Program-made: the position numbers and the translations under genes | Source: Heptranchias perlo | Lineage: Eukaryota | Assembly: GCF_035084215.1 (NCBI RefSeq) | Contig: NC_090336.1 | Location: 28,954,001-29,018,000 of the forward strand | Direction: 5' to 3' | DNA length: 64,000 bases | Part shown: positions 14,692-27,764 of the stretch, piece after piece | Layout of the letters: each line of letters starts with the position of its first letter | Numbering within the stretch: position 1 is the first letter of the stretch | The notes under the pieces: model-generated | Told to the model about the DNA's origin: nothing | The model's input: the letters and a program-made list of their open reading frames with translations, nothing else | Databases searched by the model: none

Positions 14692-15310
14692 GGGCTGAAA
14701 ATCTAGCAGGAGTTCAGTGGAAGGGCTGCAAATTAGGCGGGGACCCAGATATACTAGGTCCTGGCCCTCCCCAATAGTATTTGTATGGCCTTGTTGAGGA
14801 CAGAGTATCTGCCTGCCTCAAACAAGGCCTGCGGCATAAGTGAGGGCGTGACTGAAAGTGAGGACTTCCAGACCAGGAGTTCCTGTATCCCTAGCCTGAC
14901 AGAGCACCTAGGGGCCAGTATACTAGGGTTCCAGCCCATCCAATGACGCAAGTGAAGCTCCACCTTGAGGTCCAGTCCTGCATCATGACCTAGGTCCCCA
15001 AAGAATCTGAAAATTTTAGGCAAATTTCTTGGCCACCTTTAAAAGGGGGCTGATGGCTACAGGGAGAGCATCTTTCCAAAGGGAACGCCAGCACCCCCCC
15101 CCACAACCTCGGATCCTGACTTGAACCCTAGGTCACCATTTCCCGTCAGTTTTCTATGGCAGGTTCTTGAGATGCACCCCTAGTGCTGCAGACTTTTGCC
15201 TCCATTATTTAAATTAAGTGACCTCCCCCTGACCCCACACACTTTGGCAGGGTCAGTGTTGGTAGTCACAGGTGGGCGCATTCCGACACTTAGGTCAGAT
15301 TATCAGGCCC
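14692..15310. mobile_element. Possible Harbinger-type MITE
   Basis: Ends GGGCTGAAAATCT / AGATTATCAGGCCC, flanked by TTT on both sides; no coding capacity. Confidence 0.45.
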
Positions 15311-15354
15311 TTTGTATTTGGTCCATCAAAGTAATCTCAGTTCTAAAACATTAA

Positions 15355-15777
<423 letters not shown>

Positions 15778-15924
15778 TGAAAGGTATTTTAGGCCTGGAA
15801 ATTCCAACAGGTTCTCCCAGTCTCCAACCATCACTTCAGCGGGAGACCAGCAAAACCCCAGACTTATGGCGTAAGGAGGCCAATTAGTTTAACATCTGTG
15901 GTAGGAAAATTTAGTGTCTTTAAT

Positions 15925-16750
15925 TAAGGATGATATTACCACGTATCTAGATAAAGAGAAAATAGTTAGATGTAATCAGTACAGATTTCAAAAGGGACGA
16001 TTGTGCTTAAAAATCCTCATAGAATTTTTGAGGGGTTTACAGGCATGGTAGATGGGGCAATTGCAGTTGATGTAGAGTGCCTTTGACAAGGTACCACATG
16101 GGAGATTATTAGAGAAGATTAGGGGATATGGAATTAGGGCAAGGATAGCAAACTAGGTTAAAAATTGTTTAAAAGGGAAAAAATAGAGAGTAGGAGTTGA
16201 AGGCAGTTTTTCAGAGTGGTTGGAAGTGGTTAACGGTGTCCCCCCACAGGGTTCTATTCACTGACTGTATCAATTATTTGGATTTAGGCCTAGAGGGAGT
16301 GGCGTTGAAATTTGTAGATGATTACAAAATTGGAGGTATAGTTAATTATTTAGAAGGCCAAAGGAAGCTGCAAAGGGATATTGTTAAGATGGGGGAGTGG
16401 AATAAGAAGTGGCAGATGGAATTCCATACCATGTGAGGTGATATATTTTGGTAAAAGAAAATAACAGAAATTATACTCTGGATGAACGTATGCTCAGTGC
16501 TATGGAAGAGCACCAGGTTCACAGGACATTAAAAGGCAGCACCTCAGCTTGATAAGGCTATGAAAAAAAGCTAATAAAATTCTAGGTTTTATCTCAAGAG
16601 GTATAGTATATAAAAGCCAACAGGTAATGATGAGCCGATATAAAATCTTAATAAAACCTCAAGAGTACTGAGTGCAATTTTGGGCTCCACACTATGGAAA
16701 GGATATGGAGGCTTCAGAAGGGGTACAGCATAGATTCACTAGGATGTGGT
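15925..16750 (+). mobile_element. Old degenerate CR1 RT fragment
   Basis: Remnants of AFDKVPH, KFVDDYKIGG and KWQMEF, with many stops and indels. Confidence 0.8.
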
Positions 16751-18263
16751 CAATGTTGTCTGCAGGTTAGATTCCAGCAACTTAGTGAACAAGCGTAGCT
16801 TGCAAAAACAATTGTCTTCAGATATTTCCAGGTAGATGTGTATGGTTGAGTCTACTCAACTGCATGGGTAACGACAGGTGCATACAATTCACCTCTGACA
16901 CAAATGAATCTGCTTCGCATCCCTCCTTTAATCTTCTTCCACCTCCAAAAAACTCAACCACAGAGGAACATCCATTGTAATTCCTATATTCAGAAGTTAG
17001 ATTGTAGCAATCCAATATGCAGCTTTAAGTGTTCACTTACTGAAAGGCCATAACATTATTGGCCTTCATCACACATTTTATGTAGGTGAGCGGAGCACAC
17101 AATGCATTCCCAGTGAAAAGATTGGGTAATCCCATGACAACTCATTTCATTACCATGAAAGTTAAATGACACCCTCACACATTTTGCAGTATATCTGAAT
17201 TTCCGAATACCAATTTCACCCCCAATGTGATCGACATAAAGATACGGGTAATTAATGTCGAAGTACATGCCGGTCAGTACAGTTGGCATGGAGGCAGGAG
17301 GGTAAACTCCTGTACCAGGCTGGAAACAAAGAGATTGTCATATGAAGAATCTTAACAGTCTGCACCAATTTTTTCCTGTCAGTAGGACCTCCTTCTATTC
17401 CTCACTTGCCCTACAAGAACCTCCACAGCTGTATCGGAGAATTGGGGGCCCTGGATGACATTATGCCACATGCTACCTCATTAATATGATCTCCACTGAG
17501 CACCACTGAAAAGTGGAGTTTTGCTTTAAGGACTGCAGGCTACGAATAAGTGGCAGGAGGCCTGCTGGATTTCACACCCTCCCAAAGGACAAGCCATTAT
17601 AAGAAGCTATTTAGTGCTAGCGGCTCACCTGTTGTATTTAAATAGTCCAACCACAAAAATTGATCATGTCTCCCATCTACATCATTGGATGGGCAGAACG
17701 AATGACCCACCCACCCAATGTACATATACGAAAAATCTTCCCTACACATGTACTTCTCCACTGATGCTCTATCGTACCTAGACAGCCCAGGAAGATAAAA
17801 ACCTGGACACATTTAATATAGTATTACTTCCGTGGAGAAAATGGGTGGGAGTGGCTTGATTCATTGTTGGGGAATGTGTTCATTTTTGTGACCTGTATTG
17901 TATTATTTACCTTGTTAAATGTGCATCAAGCGGAGTCTTGGGCTGTATTTTTCATGGCAAATGTCAGAGGAAAGTAGTTTCCCTTTGCATCAATGCCAAT
18001 ATGTTGAGGTGTAAATCTGGAGTCAAAACCTGACCTGAAGCAAAGTGAGCTATCCTTCTCCAATGGGTCTCACTTAGCTTAGACTGGAGTCAGATTGGGT
18101 ATAAAAACAACCTTAGAAAGCAAGGTTGAAATGGTACAGTATGTAATGCACGGTAAAAGTATAGAACTGTAATGAAGGGAAGAGGGGTTCTGTAGTTATT
18201 AGTATGTGTTGGTATGTAGAATTTGTTGGAAAAGGAACTAATATTGATTATTATCTTTCATAG

Positions 18264-18326
18264 GAAAATATTTTACAGAAAGTTGTGATGACAGCCTTTG
18301 CGGATCGGACAGTGGTGACCATCGCT
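18264..18326 (+). CDS. ABCC8: Sulfonylurea receptor penultimate exon (ENILQKVVMTAFADRTVVTIA)
   Basis: tttcatag acceptor, gtaagt donor, 63 bp; peptide matches mammalian SUR1/SUR2. Confidence 0.92.
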
Positions 18327-18477
18327 GTAAGTATTAACTGTTTTCAATAGACTTGGAATGGTAACGGGGTACAGGTTCTTGGGTTTTATTGATTGTAGAT
18401 GAAGCAGGGCAGTATTTTCAATAGGAAAAAAGGTTTTTTTTTTCCCAGGGAATTTGAGTTGCACAGGACATTGAATT

Positions 18478-18904
18478 GTTCATTAATGAGGCCTTCACTG
18501 ACAAGGCCGACATTTATAGCCCATCCCTAGTTACCTTGAAAAAGTGGTGGTGGGCCGCCTTCTTGAACCGTTGGTAGTGATTTGATACAACTGCCGCTTT
18601 AGAAGGCAGTTAAGAGTCAACCACACTGGTGTGGGACTGGAGTCACGTATAGGCCAGACCAGGTAAGGACAGCAGGTTTCCTTCCCTGAAGGACAATAGT
18701 GAACCAGTTAGATTTTTACAAGAGTCGACAGCTTCATGGTCACTTTTACTGATACCAGCCTTTTATTTCCCAGATTTTGTTTTTTCAAAACTGAATTCAA
18801 ATTCTCAAACTGCCATGGGGGCATTTGAAATCACATTCCATGAATTATTAGTCCAGACCTCTGGAATACCAGGCCAATAACATAATCACTACACCACCAT
18901 ACCC
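18478..18904 (-). mobile_element. tRNA-headed SINE (resembles the shark DeuSINE/SacSINE1 type)
   Basis: The reverse complement is a degenerate A/B-box head plus a body matching 45547-45875 (40-nt exact match agggaaggaaacctgctgtccttacctggtctggcctata) plus a tail matching the LINE 3' end at 28844-28920. Family name recalled, not searched. Confidence 0.85.
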
Positions 18905-18999
18905 ATAACATCAGGATAAATTGTATTGGTGTATTTGAGATAGGCAGTCATGTATAATAAGGGGGTGAGCAAAAAGTTGGATTTTTTCTAATTAATCGG

Positions 19000-19651
19000 G
19001 CCTGTAACCAATCTTCCATGGTGGAAACCAGGCGCTGTGGCATTTAAAATGGACCAGGGGATTTACCCATTAGTTCATGGCAACTGCAATTTTAAATTAC
19101 GGGCAGCAAGGACACCCACTCCAAACCGGTGGGGTCCTCTTTAAATATGCAGATCAGGCTTCATTGACATCACCGGGCCCAATCTGCTATTTTAACCCAA
19201 GGCCTGAGAGGGTGAGCAGTGGTGACTTCCCCGCCAGGCAAGACATGTCGGCAACAGCAGCCAGGGTCAGAAGAAGCCCATTAAGGTGAGTTTTAAAAAT
19301 ATTTTTACAGGTTTCCTTGTGGGCCAGGAAGAGCAAGAGTGCTCCTAAGGGCCCCACTAGGAAACCTTGGGCCTTTTCTGCCCTGAGCTTCCTCGTACCC
19401 CCAACCAGCATTCCCCTACTTATCTTGTGCCAGGGACAGTTCTCCTGGGTACCCGGTAGTGGCCTCCTACCCATTTTTAACAGCCAGACAGCTGTTTCCC
19501 ACCAACTTCCCAGCCCTTTTGATCAAGAAGTCGGCGAAAGGCATGCTAGTGAGGCCAGGCTGTTAAAATCTACCAAGCCTGACTCTGCCAATTCCAGACG
19601 GGTATGCTGCTCACTTTGTTGTGTTCCCGCCCAGGAGTTAAAATCGAGCCC
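19000..19651. mobile_element. Harbinger-type MITE remnant (right TIR only)
   Basis: Ends in TTAAAATCGAGCCC, matching the Harbinger TIRs in this window; left end not identified. Confidence 0.4.
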
Positions 19652-20476
19652 CATGTTTATGGCAGATCTTAGTGTCCTGCAGCAGCACAGTAGAAGAGAA
19701 TGGTGGAATGTTTTGGGGGAGGTAGGTAGGGATGGTTTGTAACTGGTGTCATGCAACCTTTAGAGAAAAGGAAGTTTAGAAAGAGAGAAAAAAACTAAGA
19801 CGGAATCATCTGATTACTGAGAATGCACAGTCAATCTGGCAGGAGGGGAAGCTTAACTGTTTGGGGTGAGATCTGTCATGAGAACGGTGGATTGGGGTTT
19901 GGGTCTTTTTTTTTTACAGGGGGTTGAAAATTTGATTGTGGTGCACTAAATGCTGATGGCGTTTCAGTGCAGTGATGTGTACTGAGAAGGTACGTCAAAT
20001 GCATATAGGAGTTGGGTCACAAGAGGCAGGTCTGTCATAGAGATTCAGGATGGCGCATGATTGGAAGGTTTGGAAATACTGCTAAGATCTAACTGAATAT
20101 CGGAACAAGCTCGAGGGGTTGAATGGCCTACTCCTGTTCCTATATTCCTGTGTGACAGGAGTATTTGAGTAACGGTTGAGCCATTTTTTGGTTTGTAGAG
20201 GTGACTGTTGGTTAAAATGGAGTTTGAGGATTAGAAAAGGAAAGCCAGTGATGAATGTAATAAATGGGATAAATTAAATTTGGAATGGTACAGCATTCTG
20301 TGACATGGTATTTTATGATGATGACAGTGAGACGGGCAATTCAATCCATGCAATGGCAACAATGTATTGTGAGCTATTAAGGCAGTAGATATTATGGAAG
20401 CTTTGTTATGACTTTTGGCTCATCTCAGGTTTGTGTGAACCTGTATGAAAAATGTTTCCCCCCTTTTCCTTTGTAG

Positions 20477-20611
20477 CACCGGGTTTCGTTAATTCTGGAT
20501 GCGGATCAGATCATTGTCCTGACAGAGGGCACAGTGGCAGAAAACGATTCAGTATCCAATTTACTGAGCAAGGACAGCATATTTGCCTTTTTAGTGAAGT
20601 CCAATGAGTAG
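20477..20611 (+). CDS. ABCC8: Alternative terminal exon A, SUR2A-like (HRVSLILDADQIIVLTEGTVAENDSVSNLLSKDSIFAFLVKSNE*)
   Basis: Strong acceptor (ccccttttcctttgtag), phase 0, open for 44 codons then TAG. Aligns with the SUR2A C-terminus (HRVSSI...EG...NLL...LV..N). Confidence 0.82.
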   Translation, partial: HRVSLILDADQIIVLTEGTVAENDSVSNLLSKDSIFAFLVKSNE

Positions 20612-20811
20612 AGACGGTCACAAAGATGGCCTGTTGGGTTTGTATGGGAATGGCATGTTACCCCTCACATAATTAGAGGAGTATTCTGCTTTCACACTAA
20701 CACAGGCTGTGTTTTATCCTTCAGCGCTGAGTGGCTAACCAAATGTGTCATACTTTTCAACAGTACCTCTATTTGCAATGAATCATGCTAACGTATGTTT
20801 CTGTTCTCTAG

Positions 20812-20949
20812 CATCGGGTGCATACCATTTTGAATGCAGACTTGGTGATTGTGATGAAAAGAGGAATTATCCTGGAATACGACACTCCCAGCATACTCTT
20901 GGATCAAAGGGATGGAACCTTTGCCTCTTTTGTGCGGGCAGATAAATGA
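20812..20949 (+). CDS. ABCC8: Terminal exon B, SUR1/SUR2B-like ([45 protein letters not shown])
   Basis: Branch point gctaac, acceptor ttctctag, ends FASFVRADK* as SUR1 does. Confidence 0.92.
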   Translation, partial: HRVHTILNADLVIVMKRGIILEYDTPSILLDQRDGTFASFVRADK

Positions 20950-21003
20950 TACATAGCAATAGTTGAATTCTGGAATTGCTTTTGTAATTTCATTTGATCT
21001 GTA

Positions 21004-21009
21004 AATAAA
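21004..21009 (+). terminator. Candidate polyadenylation signal of the SUR gene (a second AATAAA is at 21604-21609)
   Basis: AATAAA ~55 nt after the stop, followed by GT-rich sequence. Confidence 0.5.
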
Positions 21010-21659
21010 ATTGGCACATTTCTTATGGTCGTGTTGCAGTGGGCTATGTTGTCCACCGCCACTACATCAAAATGTTAAAAGTCACACCATACTTCAAACA
21101 GAGTTGATGGCCTAGACAACATACTTTTCACAACCTAATACAAAGGGATTACTACAACAGTTTACACCTAAACTCTACATTAACACAAAACCATTTCAAA
21201 TTTACCATCACTTAAAGGACCTCCATAATGTTCCAAATCAACGTCCTTCTATTGTACACCTAATGCACATAACAGACATTTAACACACCATATAAATGCA
21301 CACAACTGTAATTACCAATTCAGATCAGCAACAGAAAAGTTTCCCAAATTCTACTGTATCTACTCTGTAAACATTCCATCTCACAATACATCAGAAACAC
21401 ACCACCTATAAGTCATTCATTCCATACACAGAAAACTAAAAACCTCTTAAATACATACAACTAACAATTACATATACAGTCACAAAACAGTTTTAATCTG
21501 TTCTCTCTGTTCAAAGTTACTTAGCATTGTTGGCTACTTATATACAAACGAGGTCTTGGTAACAAATAATCTTCACTTCACCAGTGATGTATTGCCACAC
21601 AGCAATAAATAATATATTTATCATACTTTCTTCAGAAACACTGTAGTTCCATTTTAATA

Positions 21660-22719
21660 GAAATTAAGGAAGAGATAGCTGAGGCACCATAACATACATA
21701 TAAAACTTCATTAGAAAAGAGAATAGTGCCAGAGGACTGGTGGACAGCTAATGTGATTCCTATATTTAAAAAGGGAGATCGAAGCAGTCCAGGAAACTAT
21801 AGACCAATTAGCTTAATGTCAGTAGTAGGAAAGATAATGGAATCCTTACTCAAAGACGTAAAAGAAAAACATCTAGAAACTGAATATATTATGAAGAATA
21901 GTCAGTATGGTTTTCAAATGGGAAGGTCATGCATGATCAACCTTATTAAATTCTTTGAAGAAGTAACAAAGAGGGTAGACAAGGGTAATGTAGTGGATGT
22001 AATATATTTGGATTCTCAAAAGACCTTCGATAAGATACTGCATAGTAGACTCAGGACTACGGTCACAGCATGTGAAGTCAGGAGACAAGTAGCAGAATGG
22101 ATAGCAAGCTGACTAGAAAACAGAAAACATAGAGTAGGTGTTAAAGGTAGTTACTCAGACTGGCAAAAGGTGGGAAGTGGTGTTCCACAAGGATTGGTGC
22201 TGGGAGTGCTGTTGTTCACCATTTACATAAACAATTTGGACTCGGAAATCGGAAGTACAATTTCAAAATTTGCAGACTACACCAAATTGGGGGGTATAGT
22301 TAATACCGAGGAGGACTGCGACAAAATACAGGAAGACATTAATAAACTTGCAGAATGGGCATGTAATTGGCAAATGAATTTCAATATAGATAAGTGTGAG
22401 GTATTGCATTTTGGTGGGAAGAATAAGGGGGCCACGTACTACTTGGATAATAAGAGTCTCAATGGAGTAGAGGAGCAGAGGGATCTGGGAAGACAGATAC
22501 TCAAATCACTAAAAGTAGCGATGCAGATTAATAAGGCCTTAAAAAAGCAAACTAAGCAATGCGGTTCATTTCTAGAGTGAAAGAATTGAAAAGCAGAGAA
22601 GTTATGTTAAACTTGTATAGAAGCTTGGTTAGGCCACACTAGTAGCATTGTGCATAGTTCTGGTCACCATATTATAGAAAGTATATTGGAGAGGGTGCAA
22701 AAATGATTTTACTATGATA
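21660..22719 (+). mobile_element. CR1 RT fragment, 5' part; continues at 25425-25890
   Basis: ORFs 21726..22112 and 22170..22580 (PGNYRPISL, GVPQG, KFAD). Confidence 0.88.
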
Positions 22720-25424
22720 GGAACATAGAAATAGGAATAGACCATTTTGCCCCTCAAGCCTGTTTTGCCATTCAGTGAGATCATGGCTGATCTGTGACCT
22801 AACTCCATGTACCCGTCTTAGCCCCATATCCCTTAATACCTTTGGTTAACAAAAATCTATCAATCTCAGATTTAAAATTAATAATTGAGCTAGCATCAAC
22901 TGCCGTTTGCGGAATAGAGTTCCAAACTTCTACCTCCCTTTGCGTGTAGAAGTGTTTCCTAACTTCACTCCTGAAAGTCCAGGCTCTAATTGTTAGGCTA
23001 TGTCCCCTAGTCCTAGACTCCCCAACCAGTGGAAATAGTTTCTCTCTATCTACCCTATCAGTTCCCCCTAATATCTTGAAAACTTCGATCAAATCACCCC
23101 TTAATCTTCTAAATTCCAGGGAATACAACTTTAGTTTGTGCAATCTCTCCTTGTAATTTAACCCTTGGAGTCCAGGTATCAAACTAGTAAATCTATGCTG
23201 CACTCCCTCCAAGACCAATATATCCTTCCGAAGGTGCGGTGCCCAAAACTGAACACAGTACTCCAGGTGTGGTCTAACCAGGGCTTTGTATAGATGTAGC
23301 ATAACTTTTACCCCCTTGTATTCTAGTCCTCTAGATATAAAGGCCAACATTCCATTAGCTTTTTTGATTATTTTCTGTATCTGTCCATGACATTTTAATG
23401 ATCTACGTACATGGACCCGTAAGTCTCTTTGGACCTCCACTCTTTTGAGCTTTTCACCATTTAGAAAGTACTCTGATCTCTCCTTTTAGGTCTGAAGTGA
23501 ATGATCTCACACTTGCCTACATTGCAATCCATTTGCCAGTTTTGCCCATTCACTTAATCTATTAATATCTCTCTCTAATTTTGTGCTTCCATCTATACTG
23601 CTTACAATGTTACCTATCTTTGTGTCATCGGCAAACTTGGATATATGGCTGTCTATCCCATTATCTAAGTCATTAATAAATATGGTGAATAGTTGAGGCC
23701 TCAACACAGATCCCTGTGGGACACCACTAGTCACATCCTGCCAATTTGAATACCTGCACATTATGCCTACTCTCTGTCTCCTGCTGCTCAGCCAATTTCC
23801 TAACCAGGTCAATAATTTGCTCTCAATAACATGAGCTTCAACTTTAGCAAACAGTCTCTTATCAGCGACTTTATATGGACTTCCAGAAGGCATTCAATAA
23901 ACAACACCCATAGACATTTCCCTTGTCCACTACTTTGTCACCTCTTCAAAAAATTCAATCGGGTTCATCAGGCATGACCTACTCTTTACAAATCCATGCT
24001 AGCTCTCTCTGATCAGCTGAAAATTTTCAAGGTGTTCAGTCACTCTATCCTTAATTATAGACTCTAGTAATTTCCCAACAATAGATGTTATGGTTAACTG
24101 GTCTATAATTCTGTGGTTTCCCCCTCTCACCTTTCTTAAATAGTGGAGTGACATGCAATTTTCCAATCTAAAGGAAGGGTTCCTGAATTGAGAGAACTTT
24201 GGAAGATTATAGTTAGGGCATCTGCAATGTTCTCAGTTACTTCCTTTAAAATCCTGGGATGGAAACCATCTGATCCTGGGGATTTGTCACTCTTTAATGC
24301 CATTATTTTCTTCAATACCGTTAATTTGCTTACATTAATTATGGTGAGTCCCCGTCCCTGATTCAAAATTAGTTTCCTTGGGGTGTCCGGCATGCTATCC
24401 CCTTCCTTTACTGTAAATACTGACACAAAGTAATTATTTAACATGTCCTTATTTTCATTTATAATATCACCATTATCAGTTTTTAAGGGGCCCACATTAT
24501 TCTTGACCACCATCTTTTTCCTAATAAAATTGTAAAAAAAATTTGTGTTGGTTTTGATATCCCTGGCAAGTTTCTTTTCATACTCCCTTTCTGTAGCTCT
24601 TACTATCTGTTTTGTCACCCTTTGCTGTTCTTTGTATCTCTTCCAGTTACCAGGATTTGTACTATCTTTTGCATTTTTGTATGCTTTTACGTTTAGTTTT
24701 ATGTTGTCCCCTATCTCTTTTGTTGTCTGTGGCTGTTTTTTTTGGCAAGTAGAGCTCTTGCCCCTTAGGGGTATAAACTGGTCTGTATCATGTCAAATTA
24801 TTTTTTGAACACCTCCCAAGATCTTCTGTCATTTTACCCTTTAACAGATTTGCCAAGTTTACTGTGAACAGTTTCTGTCTCATCCTGTTGAAGTCGGCCT
24901 TTCCTAAATTTAGAATCGTAGTGGTTGATATGGGTTTCTCCCTTTCAAACACAACATTGAACTCAATCATATTATGATCACTATTAGATAAATGTTCATG
25001 CACCATTGGGCTGTTAACTAAATCTGGCTCATTACTCATTATTAAATCTGATATGGCCTGCCCCCTTCTTGGTTCTAGTACATATTGTTACAGAAAGCTG
25101 TCCTGAACACACTCATGAAATTTGCTACATTTCTGACATGAGCTCATCTGCTTATCCCAGTCTATACGAAAGTTAAAATCCCCCATTTAAACCACGCTGC
25201 CTTTGCAACATGCTTGTCTAATCTCTGCATTTATATTCTGTCACTTCACAGCTGCTACAAGGGGGCCTATACACAACTCCCAGTACAGTCTTAAATCCTT
25301 TTCTATTTCTTAATTCTATCCCTAAAATCTCCACTGCCTGCTTGCCTCTTGTTATATCCTCTCTTATCATTGAAGTAATTTCATCCTTAATTGCTAAAGC
25401 TTCTCCTCCTCCAATCCTTCCTAT
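22720..25424 (-). mobile_element. CR1 (EN to 3' tail) nested antisense in another CR1
   Basis: ORF fragments 24788..25039, 24136..24618, 23507..23893 and 22799..23440; CR1 tail (ttctatgttc) at the left end. Confidence 0.9.
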
Positions 25425-25890
25425 ATACCAGAACTGAGAGGTTATTCCTAACAGGAAAGATTGAGCAGGCTGGGGCTCTTTTCTCCAGAAAAGAGAAGAC
25501 TGAGGGGTGACCTCTTAGAGGTCTTTAAGATTATGAAAGGGTTTAATAGGGTAGACGTAGAGAAGATGTTTCCACTTGCGGGGAGACCAGAACTAGGGGC
25601 CATAAATATAAGATAGTCATTAATAAATCCAATAGGGAATTCAGGAGAAACTTCTTTACCCAGAGTGTGGTTAGAATGTGGATCTCGCTATCACAAGGAG
25701 TAGTTGAGGCGACTAGCATAGCTGCATTTAAGGGGACGCTAGATAAACACATGAGGGAGAAAGGAATAGAAGGATATGCTGATAGGGTTAGATGAACTGG
25801 GAGGCTCATGTAGAGCATAAACACCAGCATGGACCTGTTGGGCCGAATGGCCTGTTTCTGAACTGTACATTCTATGTAATTCTATGATTT
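25425..25890 (+). mobile_element. 3' end of the interrupted CR1
   Basis: Resumes at IPELRG, includes RRNFFTQ, and ends with the ttctatgtaattctatg tail. Confidence 0.85.
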
Positions 25891-26116
25891 CTAACTCTGA
25901 AACCATCTAATTTCACTGTCTGTGCCATTTGTTGTTATATTGCAAAACTGAGGCAGAAAACACAAAATAAACACAAATTTCCACTACTGCTGCCAGAAAA
26001 AGTGACCTAAATAATTTTCCCAATTCATACTACAAGAGTCAATATTTACCCCATTACGAATGTTACACAGTACCACACACATACTAAGTGCATTACCATA
26101 CCTAAACTAAAGATAT

Positions 26117-27294
26117 GGGCCCAGAAATTGCTCGGAGCGGCAAACCAACAGTGCTCGTTGCTCCATAGATTTATACTAACCCACTAACTTACCGCGGTCT
26201 TCACTGGGTGCAATTCTTCCAATAGGAAGCAGAGAAGAGCCCAGTGTTAGCTCAATCAAAGCTAGGACCCATGGGAGAAGCGAGAGGATTACTCTCTCCC
26301 CTCGACCAATCAGATTGCAGCATTTTTGACATGCTGTTTCTGCAAGCGTGGAACATGAAATCCAGCAAGTGAAAGGTAGAACATTAAAATCATTGTAAAG
26401 ACAGTAATAGACAGAGAAATAAGAGAGGGTAAGAAATAATCGTATTAAATAAAAGAGACAGAAGGGAAAAGTAAAAAAGACATTTTTTTAACATTTTTAA
26501 TTATAAAAAAATTCTTTTTAATGATGAAAAACTATTAAAATAAGGAGTAATAAGACTCCGCATTTATAAAAATTAATTTTTAGTTGTTTGGCAGACATTA
26601 AGATTTACTGTGCTGGTAAATCTTAGTTTAGACCTGGTATTTTTAAGCGTACCTGTTTTGTGGCGATATTACTTACATAAGAACATAAGAAATAGGAGGA
26701 GGAGTAGGCCATTCGGCCCCTTGGGCCTGCTCCGCCATTCAATAAGATTATGGCTGATCTTCGACCTCAACTCCACTTTCTCGCCCGATCCCCATAGCCC
26801 TTGATTTCCCAAGAGTCCAAAAATCTATCGGTCTCAGTCTTGAATATGCTCAACAACTGAGTATCCACAACCCTCTGGGGTAGAGAATTTCAAAGATTCA
26901 CAACCCTCTGAGTGAAGAAATTTCTCATCTCAGTCCTAGATAGTCGACCACTTAACCTGAGACTATGACCTCTAGTTCTAGACTCTCCAGCCAGGGGAAA
27001 CAGCCTCTCAGCATCTACCCTGTCAAGCCCGCTCAGAATCTTATATTACTTACTTTCTGGCTGGGCAGATGACCAAGTTGGCCCTGGTTCAATGATTTCA
27101 CTGATTGCAGTGGGCGATGACTCTTTAATTCGAAGCTGTCATATCACCATGTGAACCAGTAGGAGCAAGTTCCGGAATTCCACGTTTCACTCCGCACGTA
27201 CGAAAGCCAGAATTTGCTCCTCGATTTCACCACTAACAACAGTGAGTGCCGTTGAGCGCACCGTTCTTTTCTAAGCAATTTCTGCCCTGGGTCC
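26117..27294. mobile_element. MITE-like element containing a CR1 3' fragment (26675-27045, - strand)
   Basis: Inverted ends CAGAAATTGCT / AGCAATTTCTG. The inner segment starts with acataagaacataagaa, the reverse complement of the CR1 tail. Confidence 0.55.
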
Positions 27295-27764
27295 ATAGTG
27301 GCGTAACTCCATTATTGTACTATAACAGTCTGAAAGTGCATTTATCCAGGATTGGTTTGGGTTCCAGCCAAGCAGAACCGTGTTTACATAGCCTGTCTCC
27401 TGCCTTGCTGGAGCTGTAACAGGATAGAGCTGTAAAGATGCCAGGATATAGCTTAAACATTTAAATATTTAAAAGGCAGGGTGGAGCTAATCTATGCTAT
27501 GCAAAACAAATGTCCTCCTTACCCTCTGTCATAATTTAATGTGAGGTAATGCTTTACATATTTTTTATGTCCGATACCTTCTCAAATCCTCCCTCAGTCG
27601 CCTCCTTTCAAGACGGACAAACCCCATGTTTCTTGGAGTCTTTCCTCATAATTCAGTCTTCTGATGCTTGGGACTCAATCTTGCCATTCATCTCATCACC
27701 TCCAAATGGCATTACAGTACTTTGATGTGTTATTGTAAGTGGCTGGTGTCCTGTGTGTAGTAAT

